Shown here in pieces: positions 28,869-38,130 of a stretch of 64,000 bases of DNA. The stretch's first letter is position 1. The number at the start of each line of letters is the position of its first letter. The stretch covers positions 1-64,000 of the forward strand of contig JAQUKH010000003.1 of the NCBI GenBank assembly GCA_028719205.1. Direction: 5' to 3'. Position numbers and translations under genes: made by a program. This DNA comes from a bacterium (lineage in GTDB: Bacteria > JACRDZ01 > JAQUKH01). The notes under the pieces were generated by a model. That model did not search any database. It was not told the origin of the DNA and saw nothing but the letters and a program-made list of their open reading frames with translations.

Positions 28869-29789
28869 ATGATATTGCCGAAAACAAAAAGTATAAAAGT
28901 CTATATAATTATTTTAAATTGGAATCAAAAAGAAGATACGCTAATTTGTCTTAATTCCGTAAAAAAACTTAAATATGACAATTATGAGGTTATTGTTGTC
29001 GATCAAAATTCAAAAGATGGGTCCAAAGAGGCTATTAAGAAGGATTATCCATGGGTAGATTTAATCGAAAATGATGATAATCTGGGTTTTGTTGAAGGAA
29101 ACAATGTTGGAATAAGAAAAGTCCTTGATATTGAAAAATATTCATATTTTTTCATACTTAACAATGATACTGTTGTTGATCCTGATTGTTTAGATGTTTT
29201 AGTAAATAAGGCTGAAAAAGATAAGAATATTGGAATTGCCGGGCCTAAAGTATTCTATTTCGATCCGCCAAATATGATCTTTTCAGCGGGTGCTATGATA
29301 GATTTAAAACATTTTGAGATCCATCATAGGCATGAAAAAGAATTAGATAAAGAAGATGAAACAGCACCGATTGAAGTTGATTATATTTCAGGTTGTTCAT
29401 TACTTATAAAAAAGGAAGTTATAGATAAAATTGGGTTAATGGATCCAAGATTTTTTATTTATTATGAAGAAACAGACTGGTGTTATAGAACAAGAAGAGC
29501 AGGCTATAAAGTTCTATATATACCTACATGTAAAATATGGCATCGGGTTTCTGCTGCAATGGGAAAAGCTTCTTTATCAACAATGTATTATATGACAAGA
29601 AATCAGTTCTTGTTTTTAAACAAAAATTTATCTCCTGCAAAAAGACTTTTGCCCTTTTTATTATGCTTTATTAGAGTTGTAAGAAATATTCTTTCAGCTT
29701 TAAAAAATGGAAGATATAAAGAAGCAAAAGTCAGGTTTGTCGCTTTCAATGATTATTTGTTTAATAGATTTGGCAAAAAACAACTGTAA
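28869..29789 (+). CDS. GT2 glycosyltransferase
   Basis: IIILNWN, NLGFVEGNNVG, LNNDT and YYEETDWC. Confidence 0.9.
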   Translation: MILPKTKSIKVYIIILNWNQKEDTLICLNSVKKLKYDNYEVIVVDQNSKDGSKEAIKKDYPWVDLIENDDNLGFVEGNNVGIRKVLDIEKYSYFFILNNDTVVDPDCLDVLVNKAEKDKNIGIAGPKVFYFDPPNMIFSAGAMIDLKHFEIHHRHEKELDKEDETAPIEVDYISGCSLLIKKEVIDKIGLMDPRFFIYYEETDWCYRTRRAGYKVLYIPTCKIWHRVSAAMGKASLSTMYYMTRNQFLFLNKNLSPAKRLLPFLLCFIRVVRNILSALKNGRYKEAKVRFVAFNDYLFNRFGKKQL

Positions 29790-29843
29790 TATTCAATATA
29801 AATATTAAAAACAACTAATAATGTAAATTCAACTGGGGGTATA

Positions 29844-31106
29844 ATTAAACTTTTATTTTTAACTCAGCTTTTCCCTTATCCGCTGGATAGCGGAGGGAAA
29901 ATAAAATCCTATTATTTTTTAAAGGCTTTAAGCCTGCAGCATGATATTGTTCTAATTTCGTTTATACGTTCAGAAGAGGAGAAGAAGTATTTTGAGTACC
30001 TCAAGCCTTTTTGTAAAAGGATTGAGGTCTGTAAAATAAAGAGGTCTTTTTTTAGAAATATAATTTTTGCATTTAAAAGTATTATTACGCGTAGATCTTT
30101 TATTGTTGGCCGTGACTATGTTCATGGAATGAAGTTAATGGTTGATAATATTGTAAATGATGAAGCCCCTGATTTTATACATATTGACCATCTCCAGATG
30201 GCACAGTATGTTGAAAATTGTAACAAGTCTAAAAAAATATTAGATGAGCATAATGTTGAGTCTTTTATAATTAGCAGGATTTCAATCATGGAAAGAAATC
30301 CTTTAAGGAAAATATTTACCCGATTGGAAAGTAAATCGCTTGAAGAATTTGAAAAGAAGGCAGTTTTGGGATCAAATATGGTATTAACCGTATCTGAAGT
30401 AGATAGAAAAACTTTAATTGATCTAACTGGCGAAAAAGAAAAAATAAGAGCAATTCCAATTGGAGTTGATATTGAATATTTTTATTATAAACCTTTGAAG
30501 AATAATAATTCAAATACAGTTGTTTTTATTGGAACGCTATATTGGCCTCCCAATATTGATGCTGTAAGGTGGTTTTATGAGCAGGTATGGAAAAATATCA
30601 GAAAGGATATTAGCGATCTAAAATGGAAAATTGTCGGATTAAACCCTGTTGAAGAAGTTTTAAAACTACCTGTGATGGATAAAAATATTGAGGTGCATGG
30701 AAGTGTTGATGATATACGGCCGTTTATGTGGGGAGAGGGGATTTTTACCGTTCCGCTTTTTTCTGGAAGCGGGATGAGGGTTAAAATACTAAATGCTATG
30801 TCCTGCGGTATTCCTGTTATTTCCACAACCATAGGAGCAGAAGGAATCGAAGGCCTTGTTCCAGTAAACACTTCAACGATTCAAGATTACAATATTTGGA
30901 TTGCGGATAGCCCTGAGGATTTTGCCTCAGCTATAACGAACTTACTTAAAAATAATGATTTAAGAGAACAGTTATCCAGAAATGGCCGGAAATTAATGGA
31001 AGAAAAATATAGTTGGGAAATACAGGGGGAAAAACTGCTAAAAGTGTATGAAGAAATTATAAATCTGCGGCTTGGACATTTGAAGAAAAAAACAGGAGCA
31101 TTTTAA
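29844..31106 (+). CDS. GT4 glycosyltransferase (exosortase-associated type), probable ATT start
   Basis: The frame extends 95 codons upstream of ATG 30129 as IKLLFLTQLFPYPLDSGGKIKS, which aligns with the N-terminus of the 12349 paralog. GSGMRVKILNAMSCG motif. Confidence 0.85.
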   Translation: MKLLFLTQLFPYPLDSGGKIKSYYFLKALSLQHDIVLISFIRSEEEKKYFEYLKPFCKRIEVCKIKRSFFRNIIFAFKSIITRRSFIVGRDYVHGMKLMVDNIVNDEAPDFIHIDHLQMAQYVENCNKSKKILDEHNVESFIISRISIMERNPLRKIFTRLESKSLEEFEKKAVLGSNMVLTVSEVDRKTLIDLTGEKEKIRAIPIGVDIEYFYYKPLKNNNSNTVVFIGTLYWPPNIDAVRWFYEQVWKNIRKDISDLKWKIVGLNPVEEVLKLPVMDKNIEVHGSVDDIRPFMWGEGIFTVPLFSGSGMRVKILNAMSCGIPVISTTIGAEGIEGLVPVNTSTIQDYNIWIADSPEDFASAITNLLKNNDLREQLSRNGRKLMEEKYSWEIQGEKLLKVYEEIINLRLGHLKKKTGAF

Positions 31107-31107
31107 T

Positions 31108-32325
31108 ATGAGAATTTTATTCATTGCCCCATATTTACCATCCCTTATAAGGGTGCGCTCCTTTAATTTCATTAAAGCCTTAAAAAAACAAGGACATTCT
31201 ATATACCTTGTTTGTCTTGTGCAGGAAAAAAATGAATTATCAGAAACACAAGAAATAGAAAAATATTGTGAAAAAGTCGAAAAATATTATCTGTTGAAGT
31301 ATCAGTCTTATTTAAATTGCCTTTTATATTTATTTACACTAGTGTCACTTCAATCAGCATATTGTTTTTCAAAAAAGATGAAAAAAAGAGTTGATGAGTT
31401 GCTTAAAAAAGAAAAATTTGATCTGGTTCACGTTGAATTCATAAGAGGTACCTATTTTTTACCTGAGGGAAATACCCTGCCGTCAGTTTTTGATTCAGTG
31501 GATTGTGTTACCAATTTATATAAACAATTTTCTGATGCTAACCATTCTTTTTTTATGCGGATAATCAGATATGTCGAATGGTTTAAGTTGGGCCATTATG
31601 AACCAAAAGTAGCCGGAAGGTTTGATAGAGTATTAGTGACTACAGAAAATGAAAAGCAAGAATTAAAAGCGTTAAACAATAAATTGCCGATTGAAGTTAT
31701 TGCCAATGGAGTCGACTTGGAATATTTTAAGCCGTTGGAGAATAAAATTGAACTATTTTCAATAGTTATGACCGGTAAGATGAGCTATATCGCTAATGAA
31801 CTGGCATTTATTTATTTCGCGGAGGAAATATGGCCTAAAGTTAAAACGGAAATACCTCAGGCAAAATTATATATCGTAGGAAATGAACCGGGCCCAAAAG
31901 TTAAAAAATATGAATCTTTAGATATTATTATTACAGGTTATGTTTCTGATTTGCGTTTATATCTGTCCAAAGCAAATGTTGTTGTAGCCCCGATTATTGC
32001 CGGAGGAGGGATACAAAATAAAATACTGGAGGCTATGAGTATGGCCAAACCGGTAGTGACAACTGGCAAAGGAGCAGAAGGAGTTGAAGGCCTTATTAAC
32101 GGCGGACAAGCACAATTCACGGGCCGCGATTCAAACATCTGTGTTGCTGATACCTCCGATGAATTTGCTACAGCTGTGGTGAATATATTGAAAGATGCGA
32201 AACTGGCAGAAAATTTAGGTGTAAAAGCGCGCGAATTTGTTGAAAGATATTATGACTGGGGTGATAAAGGGAAAAAATTGGCTGATATTTATATTAATGT
32301 TTTAAAAGAAAAATCTATTGGATAA
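31108..32325 (+). CDS. GT4 glycosyltransferase (exosortase-associated type)
   Basis: IANGVDLEYF, GKMSYIAN and GGGIQNKILEAMSMAKPVV. Confidence 0.88.
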   Translation: MRILFIAPYLPSLIRVRSFNFIKALKKQGHSIYLVCLVQEKNELSETQEIEKYCEKVEKYYLLKYQSYLNCLLYLFTLVSLQSAYCFSKKMKKRVDELLKKEKFDLVHVEFIRGTYFLPEGNTLPSVFDSVDCVTNLYKQFSDANHSFFMRIIRYVEWFKLGHYEPKVAGRFDRVLVTTENEKQELKALNNKLPIEVIANGVDLEYFKPLENKIELFSIVMTGKMSYIANELAFIYFAEEIWPKVKTEIPQAKLYIVGNEPGPKVKKYESLDIIITGYVSDLRLYLSKANVVVAPIIAGGGIQNKILEAMSMAKPVVTTGKGAEGVEGLINGGQAQFTGRDSNICVADTSDEFATAVVNILKDAKLAENLGVKAREFVERYYDWGDKGKKLADIYINVLKEKSIG

Positions 32326-32346
32326 AGTCAAATATAATGCTAAAAT
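32318..32346 (+). promoter_or_regulatory. Possible internal promoter for the priming transferase-exosortase module
   Basis: TTGGAT-17 nt-TAAAAT with an extended -10 TG. Confidence 0.4.
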
Positions 32347-32377
32347 CAACCAATAACCTAATTTAAGGCGTAAAATT

Positions 32378-33793
32378 ATGGAACCTGCAAACAGAAGGGC
32401 AATTTTTGTTTTTTATATGGTGGCAATGGACACTTTTTTGATAAGCTGCGCTTTTATTTTAGCATATAAATTGCGAGAAACTGTTTCTATATTTGGAATT
32501 GAAGCTGGACTTGGGAGTGCTAACTATAACACTATGTATCCTGTAATGCTTTTTTCATGGCTTACTATTCTTACCATAATGAGGCAGTATGAATCAAGAA
32601 GGAGATGGGGCGTAGATGAGATATTTTTTTCCATTTCGATCGCAGTCAGCCTGGAAATTCTTTTTATTCTGGCTTATTTTTACGCGACACATCAGCTTCT
32701 TTTCCAAAGGCTTATGTTGCTTTATTTATGGGCTTTTGGTATTATATTCTTAAGCAGTTCAAGGATTATTGCCCGTTATATTCTTAGAACGCTGGCGCGA
32801 AAAGGGGGGCAGATAGTAAAAAAGGTCCTTATCGCGGGGTGGGGAGAAGCTGCCAGAAAATTAGCATGGCAGTATAAATTTCACAGGGAGATGCTTTTTG
32901 AAGTAGTCGGTTTTGTTTTGGAAGAAGATCTGAAAGTGACTAAAGATATTGAAGAAAAGACTAAAGATCTTTCAAAAAAAGGGATAATTGGAACAGTCTC
33001 TGAGGTTTGCCAGGTGGCAATTAGAGAAAAAGTATCTTTAGTGATTTTAACAGGGTCAGCCCTTCGTAAAGAAAGATTGAAAGAAATATTTGAAACTTTG
33101 TGGAAAGAAAATATTGATTGCAGTTTGGTTCCTAATATTTATGAATTAGCGCCGAGATGCATGAGTTATGATGAGATCAGCGGTGTTCCTATGCTTTCTT
33201 TCAGGGATGTTCCTATGATAGGCTGGGAAGCAGTTGCGAAACGTATAATGGATATTATTGGTTCTGTTTTTGGATTGATTATTTTATCTCCGTTATTTAT
33301 TATTGTTGGGATATTAATTAAATTGGAATCACCCGGCCCTATTTTATTTAACCAGAAGAGAATCGGGCAGAATGGCCGTCCGTTCAAAATATATAAATTT
33401 CGAAGTATGGTGCAGGAAGCGGCTTCCGGGCCGCTGTATAAGGTTTTGAAAAATGATAACCGTGTTACCAAAATAGGTACTTTTATCCGTAAGACCAGCA
33501 TTGATGAACTGCCTCAACTGATTAATGTGTTAAAAGGAAATATGAGTTTAGTCGGGCCAAGGCCTGAAGCTACTATATTTGTTGAAGAATACAGTGAATG
33601 GAACAAGAGGCGGTTATATCTTAAGCCGGGGATAACCGGTTTGGCTCAGGCCAATGGCATTCGCGGTAATACTACTATCGATGAAAAAACTAAATATGAT
33701 CTGGAGTATATGGAACAGCAGTCGCTTCTTTTGGATATAAAGATTTTGTTTAAGACAGTGGTTACCTTACTTTCTCATAAGGAAGCATACTAA
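32378..33793 (+). CDS. Priming polyprenyl-phosphate sugar-phosphotransferase (WcaJ/WbaP type)
   Basis: Four N-terminal TMs, then KRIMDI, YKFRSM, RKTSIDELPQLINVLKGNMSLVGPRP and KPGITGLAQ. Confidence 0.93.
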   Translation: MEPANRRAIFVFYMVAMDTFLISCAFILAYKLRETVSIFGIEAGLGSANYNTMYPVMLFSWLTILTIMRQYESRRRWGVDEIFFSISIAVSLEILFILAYFYATHQLLFQRLMLLYLWAFGIIFLSSSRIIARYILRTLARKGGQIVKKVLIAGWGEAARKLAWQYKFHREMLFEVVGFVLEEDLKVTKDIEEKTKDLSKKGIIGTVSEVCQVAIREKVSLVILTGSALRKERLKEIFETLWKENIDCSLVPNIYELAPRCMSYDEISGVPMLSFRDVPMIGWEAVAKRIMDIIGSVFGLIILSPLFIIVGILIKLESPGPILFNQKRIGQNGRPFKIYKFRSMVQEAASGPLYKVLKNDNRVTKIGTFIRKTSIDELPQLINVLKGNMSLVGPRPEATIFVEEYSEWNKRRLYLKPGITGLAQANGIRGNTTIDEKTKYDLEYMEQQSLLLDIKILFKTVVTLLSHKEAY

Positions 33794-34641
33794 TGGATGA
33801 TCAAAAAAATATTGATCAAAACAGATTTTACACTATTCTTCTTTTTTCTTCTGTTTTTATACTTTATCTGCCGACATTTTATAAACTATATATGTGGTGG
33901 GAAAGTGACGTTAATTATAACCATGGGATTATTATTCCGTTAGCCGCGATTTATTTGATTTGGAAAAAAAGGGATATTTTAAAAACATTAAGAGCGGAAT
34001 CTTATACCCCGGGAATATACTTAATATTAGTGGGTATTATTTTTTATTTTATCGGAATAAGAATAGAATTTCTGAGAATAGCTATTTTTTCTTTTTTTTC
34101 TGTTCTTTTTGGGCTTCTTCTTTATTTTTACGGGAAGGAAGTTACGCGTGAATTATTATTTCCGATTTGTTTTCTTTTGTTAATGATCCCTATCCCTTAT
34201 ATCGATGGGCTTACCTTACCTTTAAAACTATTTGCGTCTATGGTATCAGCGGGATTTATTAAATTGATAGGGATACCGGTTATACGCAATGGAAATCTTA
34301 TTTACCTTAAAAATTTTACCTTTGAGGTAGCAACTTCGTGCAGCGGCCTGAAATCTATTGTTTTGGTTACAACAGTTGGAATATTCTATGCGTATATTAT
34401 GCAAAAAAGTTTATCAAGAAGATTATTTATTTCTATTTCATCAATTTTTATTGCTATTGTAGCCAATATTTCAAGGATTGTTTTAACCGCTCTTGTATCC
34501 TATTATTTTGGAGAAAAGCTGGCGTTTAAATTTACACACGATTTTTCAGGTATTTTTGTTTTTATAATAGCCGGAGCTATGCTGGTTATAACCGGGGAGG
34601 CTGTAAATTGGATATTTCGAGAAAAAACTACTGGATATTAA
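33793..34641 (+). CDS. Exosortase (EpsH/Xrt family)
   Basis: YNHGIIIP, and the catalytic triad context EVATSCSGL (Cys), ANISRI (Arg) and FTHDFSG (His). About 8 TMs. Confidence 0.92.
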   Translation: MDDQKNIDQNRFYTILLFSSVFILYLPTFYKLYMWWESDVNYNHGIIIPLAAIYLIWKKRDILKTLRAESYTPGIYLILVGIIFYFIGIRIEFLRIAIFSFFSVLFGLLLYFYGKEVTRELLFPICFLLLMIPIPYIDGLTLPLKLFASMVSAGFIKLIGIPVIRNGNLIYLKNFTFEVATSCSGLKSIVLVTTVGIFYAYIMQKSLSRRLFISISSIFIAIVANISRIVLTALVSYYFGEKLAFKFTHDFSGIFVFIIAGAMLVITGEAVNWIFREKTTGY

Positions 34642-35264
34642 CAGGAATATTTTTATTCCTGAGTATTATTATATATCCTATGTCACTAAATAAGGAAATG
34701 TGGCCGAAGGATCTTGACCTTTCGAGGTTTCCCCGTATAATAGGCGATTGGGAAGTTACTGAGGAATTACCTGTTACTGATGAATTATTGCCCACTGAAG
34801 TCAGGGAAGGCAGGGCAATTGGTTTTAAATCTTTCAGCAGAAAATATACAAATAAAGAGGGTAATTCTGTTTGGTTATATATAGGGTATTTCAATTATGA
34901 GAAAGGCGCTTATTCTCATAATCCTGCAAGATGTTATTTATCTCAGGGCTGGACAGTTATGGATGAAAAAATAGAAAAAATTGAAATGCCGGGGGATGTT
35001 AATGTAAATAGAATGTCCGCGCAAATGGGGCCGGTACAACAAATAGTTCTTTTTTGGTTCCAAATAGATAATGGAGTTTATACCGATAAATTCAAACATC
35101 GATTAAAAATTCTAAAAAATGCTTTATTTAATGGGCGGTTAGACGCGGTAATAATTAGTTTAACTTGTGATACTGAAAAGGATAACATTAACAACATAGT
35201 TCGATTTGAAAAAGATTTTGCAAAAGAGGTAATACCTGTTATTCCTAAATATCTACCCCAATAG
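34608..35264 (+). CDS. epsI: EpsI-family exosortase-associated protein
   Basis: FPRIIGDW, VWLYIGYF, HNPARCYLSQGW and VLFWFQ. Directly after the exosortase. Confidence 0.85.
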   Translation: MDISRKNYWILTGIFLFLSIIIYPMSLNKEMWPKDLDLSRFPRIIGDWEVTEELPVTDELLPTEVREGRAIGFKSFSRKYTNKEGNSVWLYIGYFNYEKGAYSHNPARCYLSQGWTVMDEKIEKIEMPGDVNVNRMSAQMGPVQQIVLFWFQIDNGVYTDKFKHRLKILKNALFNGRLDAVIISLTCDTEKDNINNIVRFEKDFAKEVIPVIPKYLPQ

Positions 35265-35283
35265 GAATGGGTGATTATACATA

Positions 35284-35302
35284 CCTGCCCGCTCCAGGCG
35301 GG
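35284..35302. repeat. REP-like palindrome, CCTGCC/GGCAGG family
   Basis: CCTGCC-CGCTCCA-GGCGGG, intergenic. Confidence 0.55.
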
Positions 35303-35341
35303 TTTTAGAAAGATTTTATAAATAAAAACAGGAGAAATAGA

Positions 35342-36664
35342 TTGATGGATTTTAATACTAAAAATATTAAAGAACAAAAAATTGCTGTTGTAGGGCTTGG
35401 ATATGTAGGATTACCGCTTGCGGTTGAGTTCGGAAAGATTCTCAAAACCATAGGTTTGGATATTAACAAAAACAGGATAAATGAGTTAAATAAAAATTAC
35501 GATTACAATAATGAAATCTCAAAGGAAACATTTAAATCAGCTTCACTTCTGGAGTTTTCGTATGATTTTAAACGGTTAAAAGAATCGAATTTTATAATAG
35601 TGGCAGTACCTACTCCAATAACAAAACATAACGTTCCAGATCTATATTGTTTAGAAAGCGCGACGGAACTTGTAGGTAAAAACATGGGAAAAGGAAGTAT
35701 TGTGGTATTTGAATCAACTGTTTATCCGGGAGTTACCGAAGATGTATGTGTTCCCATTTTAGAGAAATTTTCCAAATTAAAATACAAAAAGGATTTTAAA
35801 GTTGGTTACTCCCCTGAAAGGATTAATCCGGGAGATACCGAACATACAATTGCAAAAGTAATTAAAGTTGTTTCAGGTTGCGACAATGATACCCTTGATA
35901 ATGTAGCCGCTGTTTATGGTTTAATTGCAAAGGCGGGTGTGTATAAGGCGGAATCCATCAAATGCGCTGAAGCGGCAAAAGTTATAGAAAATACCCAGAG
36001 AGATTTGAATATCGCGCTTATGAATGAATTGGCAATAATTTTTAATAAGATGGGTATTGATACCAAATCTGTTCTTGAAGCTGCCGGGACAAAATGGAAT
36101 TTTATTAAAATGAACCCGGGGCTGGTTGGCGGGCATTGTATCGGTGTGGATCCATATTATCTTACATTTAAAGCCGAAGAGATCGGTTACAATCCTCAGG
36201 TTATACTTGCCGGCCGCAGAATAAATGACAATATGGGGAAATATATCGCTGAACAAACTGTTAAACTGTTGATTGAGGCAGGGAAAACTGTTAAAGATTC
36301 TAAGGTTTTAGTTTTGGGAATAACTTTTAAAGAGAATATTAAAGATATTCGCAACAGCAGGGTTATTGATATAATTAATGAGCTTAAGGAATATGGAATT
36401 AAAGTAATTGTGTGCGACCCTCTTGCGGGTAAGGAAGAAGTTGAACATGAGTATGGAATTAAACTTGAGAATTATGATGCAAAACTAAAGTCTGACGCGG
36501 TTATAATTGCGGTTAATCATGCTAAGTTTAAAAATATTTTAAATATACAAAAGTTAAAGAATCATATGTCTGGAAAAAACAAAAAAGGTGTAGTTGTTGA
36601 TGTTAAAGGAATGTTTGAACCGAAAGTTTTTAATGGTTCGGGAATGCTCTATTGGAGGCTGTAA
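35342..36664 (+). CDS. UDP-N-acetylhexosamine 6-dehydrogenase (WbpO/TviB type)
   Basis: GLGYVGLPLA, ESTVYPG, YSPERINPGD, KVIENTQRD and GGHCIGVDPYYL. Confidence 0.92.
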   Translation: MMDFNTKNIKEQKIAVVGLGYVGLPLAVEFGKILKTIGLDINKNRINELNKNYDYNNEISKETFKSASLLEFSYDFKRLKESNFIIVAVPTPITKHNVPDLYCLESATELVGKNMGKGSIVVFESTVYPGVTEDVCVPILEKFSKLKYKKDFKVGYSPERINPGDTEHTIAKVIKVVSGCDNDTLDNVAAVYGLIAKAGVYKAESIKCAEAAKVIENTQRDLNIALMNELAIIFNKMGIDTKSVLEAAGTKWNFIKMNPGLVGGHCIGVDPYYLTFKAEEIGYNPQVILAGRRINDNMGKYIAEQTVKLLIEAGKTVKDSKVLVLGITFKENIKDIRNSRVIDIINELKEYGIKVIVCDPLAGKEEVEHEYGIKLENYDAKLKSDAVIIAVNHAKFKNILNIQKLKNHMSGKNKKGVVVDVKGMFEPKVFNGSGMLYWRL

Positions 36665-36677
36665 AAAAAACATATAT

Positions 36678-37646
36678 ATGAAAACAATAATATTAACGGG
36701 TGCTGCAGGTTTTATCGGCGCGAATACTGCAGGAAAACTGCTTAAAAAAAATGTTCAAGTTATTGGAGTGGATAACTTAAATGATTATTATGACATCAGG
36801 CTGAAAACTTATCGCCTTGAGCAATTAAAAAAATTTAAAAATTTCAAATTTTACAAATTGGATATTGAGAATATTTCCGGTTTAAGAACTATTTTTAAAA
36901 AATATAAACCGGAAGCAGTAATTAATCTGGCTGCCCGAGCTGGAGTTCGATACAGCATGGAGAATCCTTTTGTGTATATGTCTACAAATGCCGTAGGGAC
37001 ATTAAATCTTCTGGAGATTTGTAAAGAATATGAAACTAAAAAATTTGTTTTGGCTTCGACTTCATCTTTATACGCTGGCCAAAAAATGCCTTTTAAAGAA
37101 ACATTAGCTGTAAACACGCCTATTTCTCCTTATGCCGCGAGCAAAAAGGCAGCAGAAGCTATGTGTTACACATATAATTATCTTTATGGTTTGGATATAA
37201 CAATTTTAAGATATTTTACTGTTTATGGGCCTGCCGGCCGTCCGGATATGAGTATTTTCAGGTTTATAAAATGGATAGACGAGGGAAAGCCTCTTGAACT
37301 TTTTGGAGATGGGAATCAAAGCAGGGATTTTACTTATGTGGATGATATTGCGAGAGGCACTATAAATGCTTTAAAAATGGTAAATTTTAAAGTAATAAAT
37401 CTCGGTGGAAATGATCCCTATAAATTAAATTATGTTATTAAACTTATAGAGAAATATTTACATAAAAAAGCAAATATAAAGAGTTTGCCTTTTCATAAAG
37501 CGGATATTATGGCAACTTGGGCTGATGTCGGTGAGGCAAGGAAGGTTTTAAATTGGCAGTCAAAAATTAAATTAGAGGAAGGAATAAAAAGAACAGTTAA
37601 TTGGTATACAGAAAACAAAGGCTGGCTTAAAAACATAAAAATATAA
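36678..37646 (+). CDS. UDP-hexuronate 4-epimerase-like SDR
   Basis: TGAAGFIG, LAARAGVRYS, YAASK and RYFTVYGPAGRPDM. Start reassigned to ATG 36678. Confidence 0.88.
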   Translation: MKTIILTGAAGFIGANTAGKLLKKNVQVIGVDNLNDYYDIRLKTYRLEQLKKFKNFKFYKLDIENISGLRTIFKKYKPEAVINLAARAGVRYSMENPFVYMSTNAVGTLNLLEICKEYETKKFVLASTSSLYAGQKMPFKETLAVNTPISPYAASKKAAEAMCYTYNYLYGLDITILRYFTVYGPAGRPDMSIFRFIKWIDEGKPLELFGDGNQSRDFTYVDDIARGTINALKMVNFKVINLGGNDPYKLNYVIKLIEKYLHKKANIKSLPFHKADIMATWADVGEARKVLNWQSKIKLEEGIKRTVNWYTENKGWLKNIKI

Positions 37647-37664
37647 ATTAAATGAAATTTTCTC

Positions 37665-37693
37665 TTGCATTAAATTGCGTTTTATGTTATTAT
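37665..37693 (+). promoter_or_regulatory. Possible promoter for the zinc-ribbon gene
   Basis: TTGCAT-17 nt-TATTAT with an extended -10 TG. Confidence 0.5.
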
Positions 37694-37719
37694 GTAGACA
37701 AGTTTAAATGGGGGTGGGA

Positions 37720-37911
37720 ATGAAATGTCCTGTTTGTAAAAAGACAATTATTTGCACTGAGGGTAAAAAACTGAAATTAAGAAGCAGGATTGTTATTTTT
37801 GACAATGGTAAAGCTACTGCTAAATGTATTAGCTGTAAGTCTGATGTGGAAATTCCTATTAGATTTAATCGCAGTTATGAATTAGCAAATAATAGTTTTC
37901 TCAGCAGATAA
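37720..37911 (+). CDS. Small basic zinc-ribbon protein (2x CxxC)
   Basis: MKCPVCKK...AKCISCKSDVEIP. GGGGTG SD precedes ATG 37720 and the gene has its own promoter candidate. Confidence 0.65.
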   Translation: MKCPVCKKTIICTEGKKLKLRSRIVIFDNGKATAKCISCKSDVEIPIRFNRSYELANNSFLSR

Positions 37912-37930
37912 AAAAATCTTTAAAAATAAC

Positions 37931-37959
37931 TTGACAAAAATAATAATTTAATTTATAAT
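37931..37959 (+). promoter_or_regulatory. Consensus sigma70 promoter of the PEP-CTERM genes
   Basis: Perfect TTGACA-17 nt-TATAAT. Confidence 0.8.
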
Positions 37960-38040
37960 ATTCATAGTTAAAGTAGATAGTTTATAGAGTTTAAAGGGCA
38001 TAGGTCATTCAACATTGTTAATCTTATAGGCAAAAAGGAC

Positions 38041-38075
38041 AAAAGCCGGTTAAGTAATAATTAACTGGCTTTTTT
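38041..38075 (+). terminator. Intrinsic terminator-like hairpin inside the PEP-CTERM leader
   Basis: AAAAGCCGGTTAA-GTAATAA-TTAACTGGCTTTTTT: a 13-bp stem with one G:U pair and a U-tract. Confidence 0.7.
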
Positions 38076-38130
38076 ATTTGTTGTGATCTTTTTAGAAAAA
38101 AATAATTTTATAAAAGAAGGGGGTGAAAAA

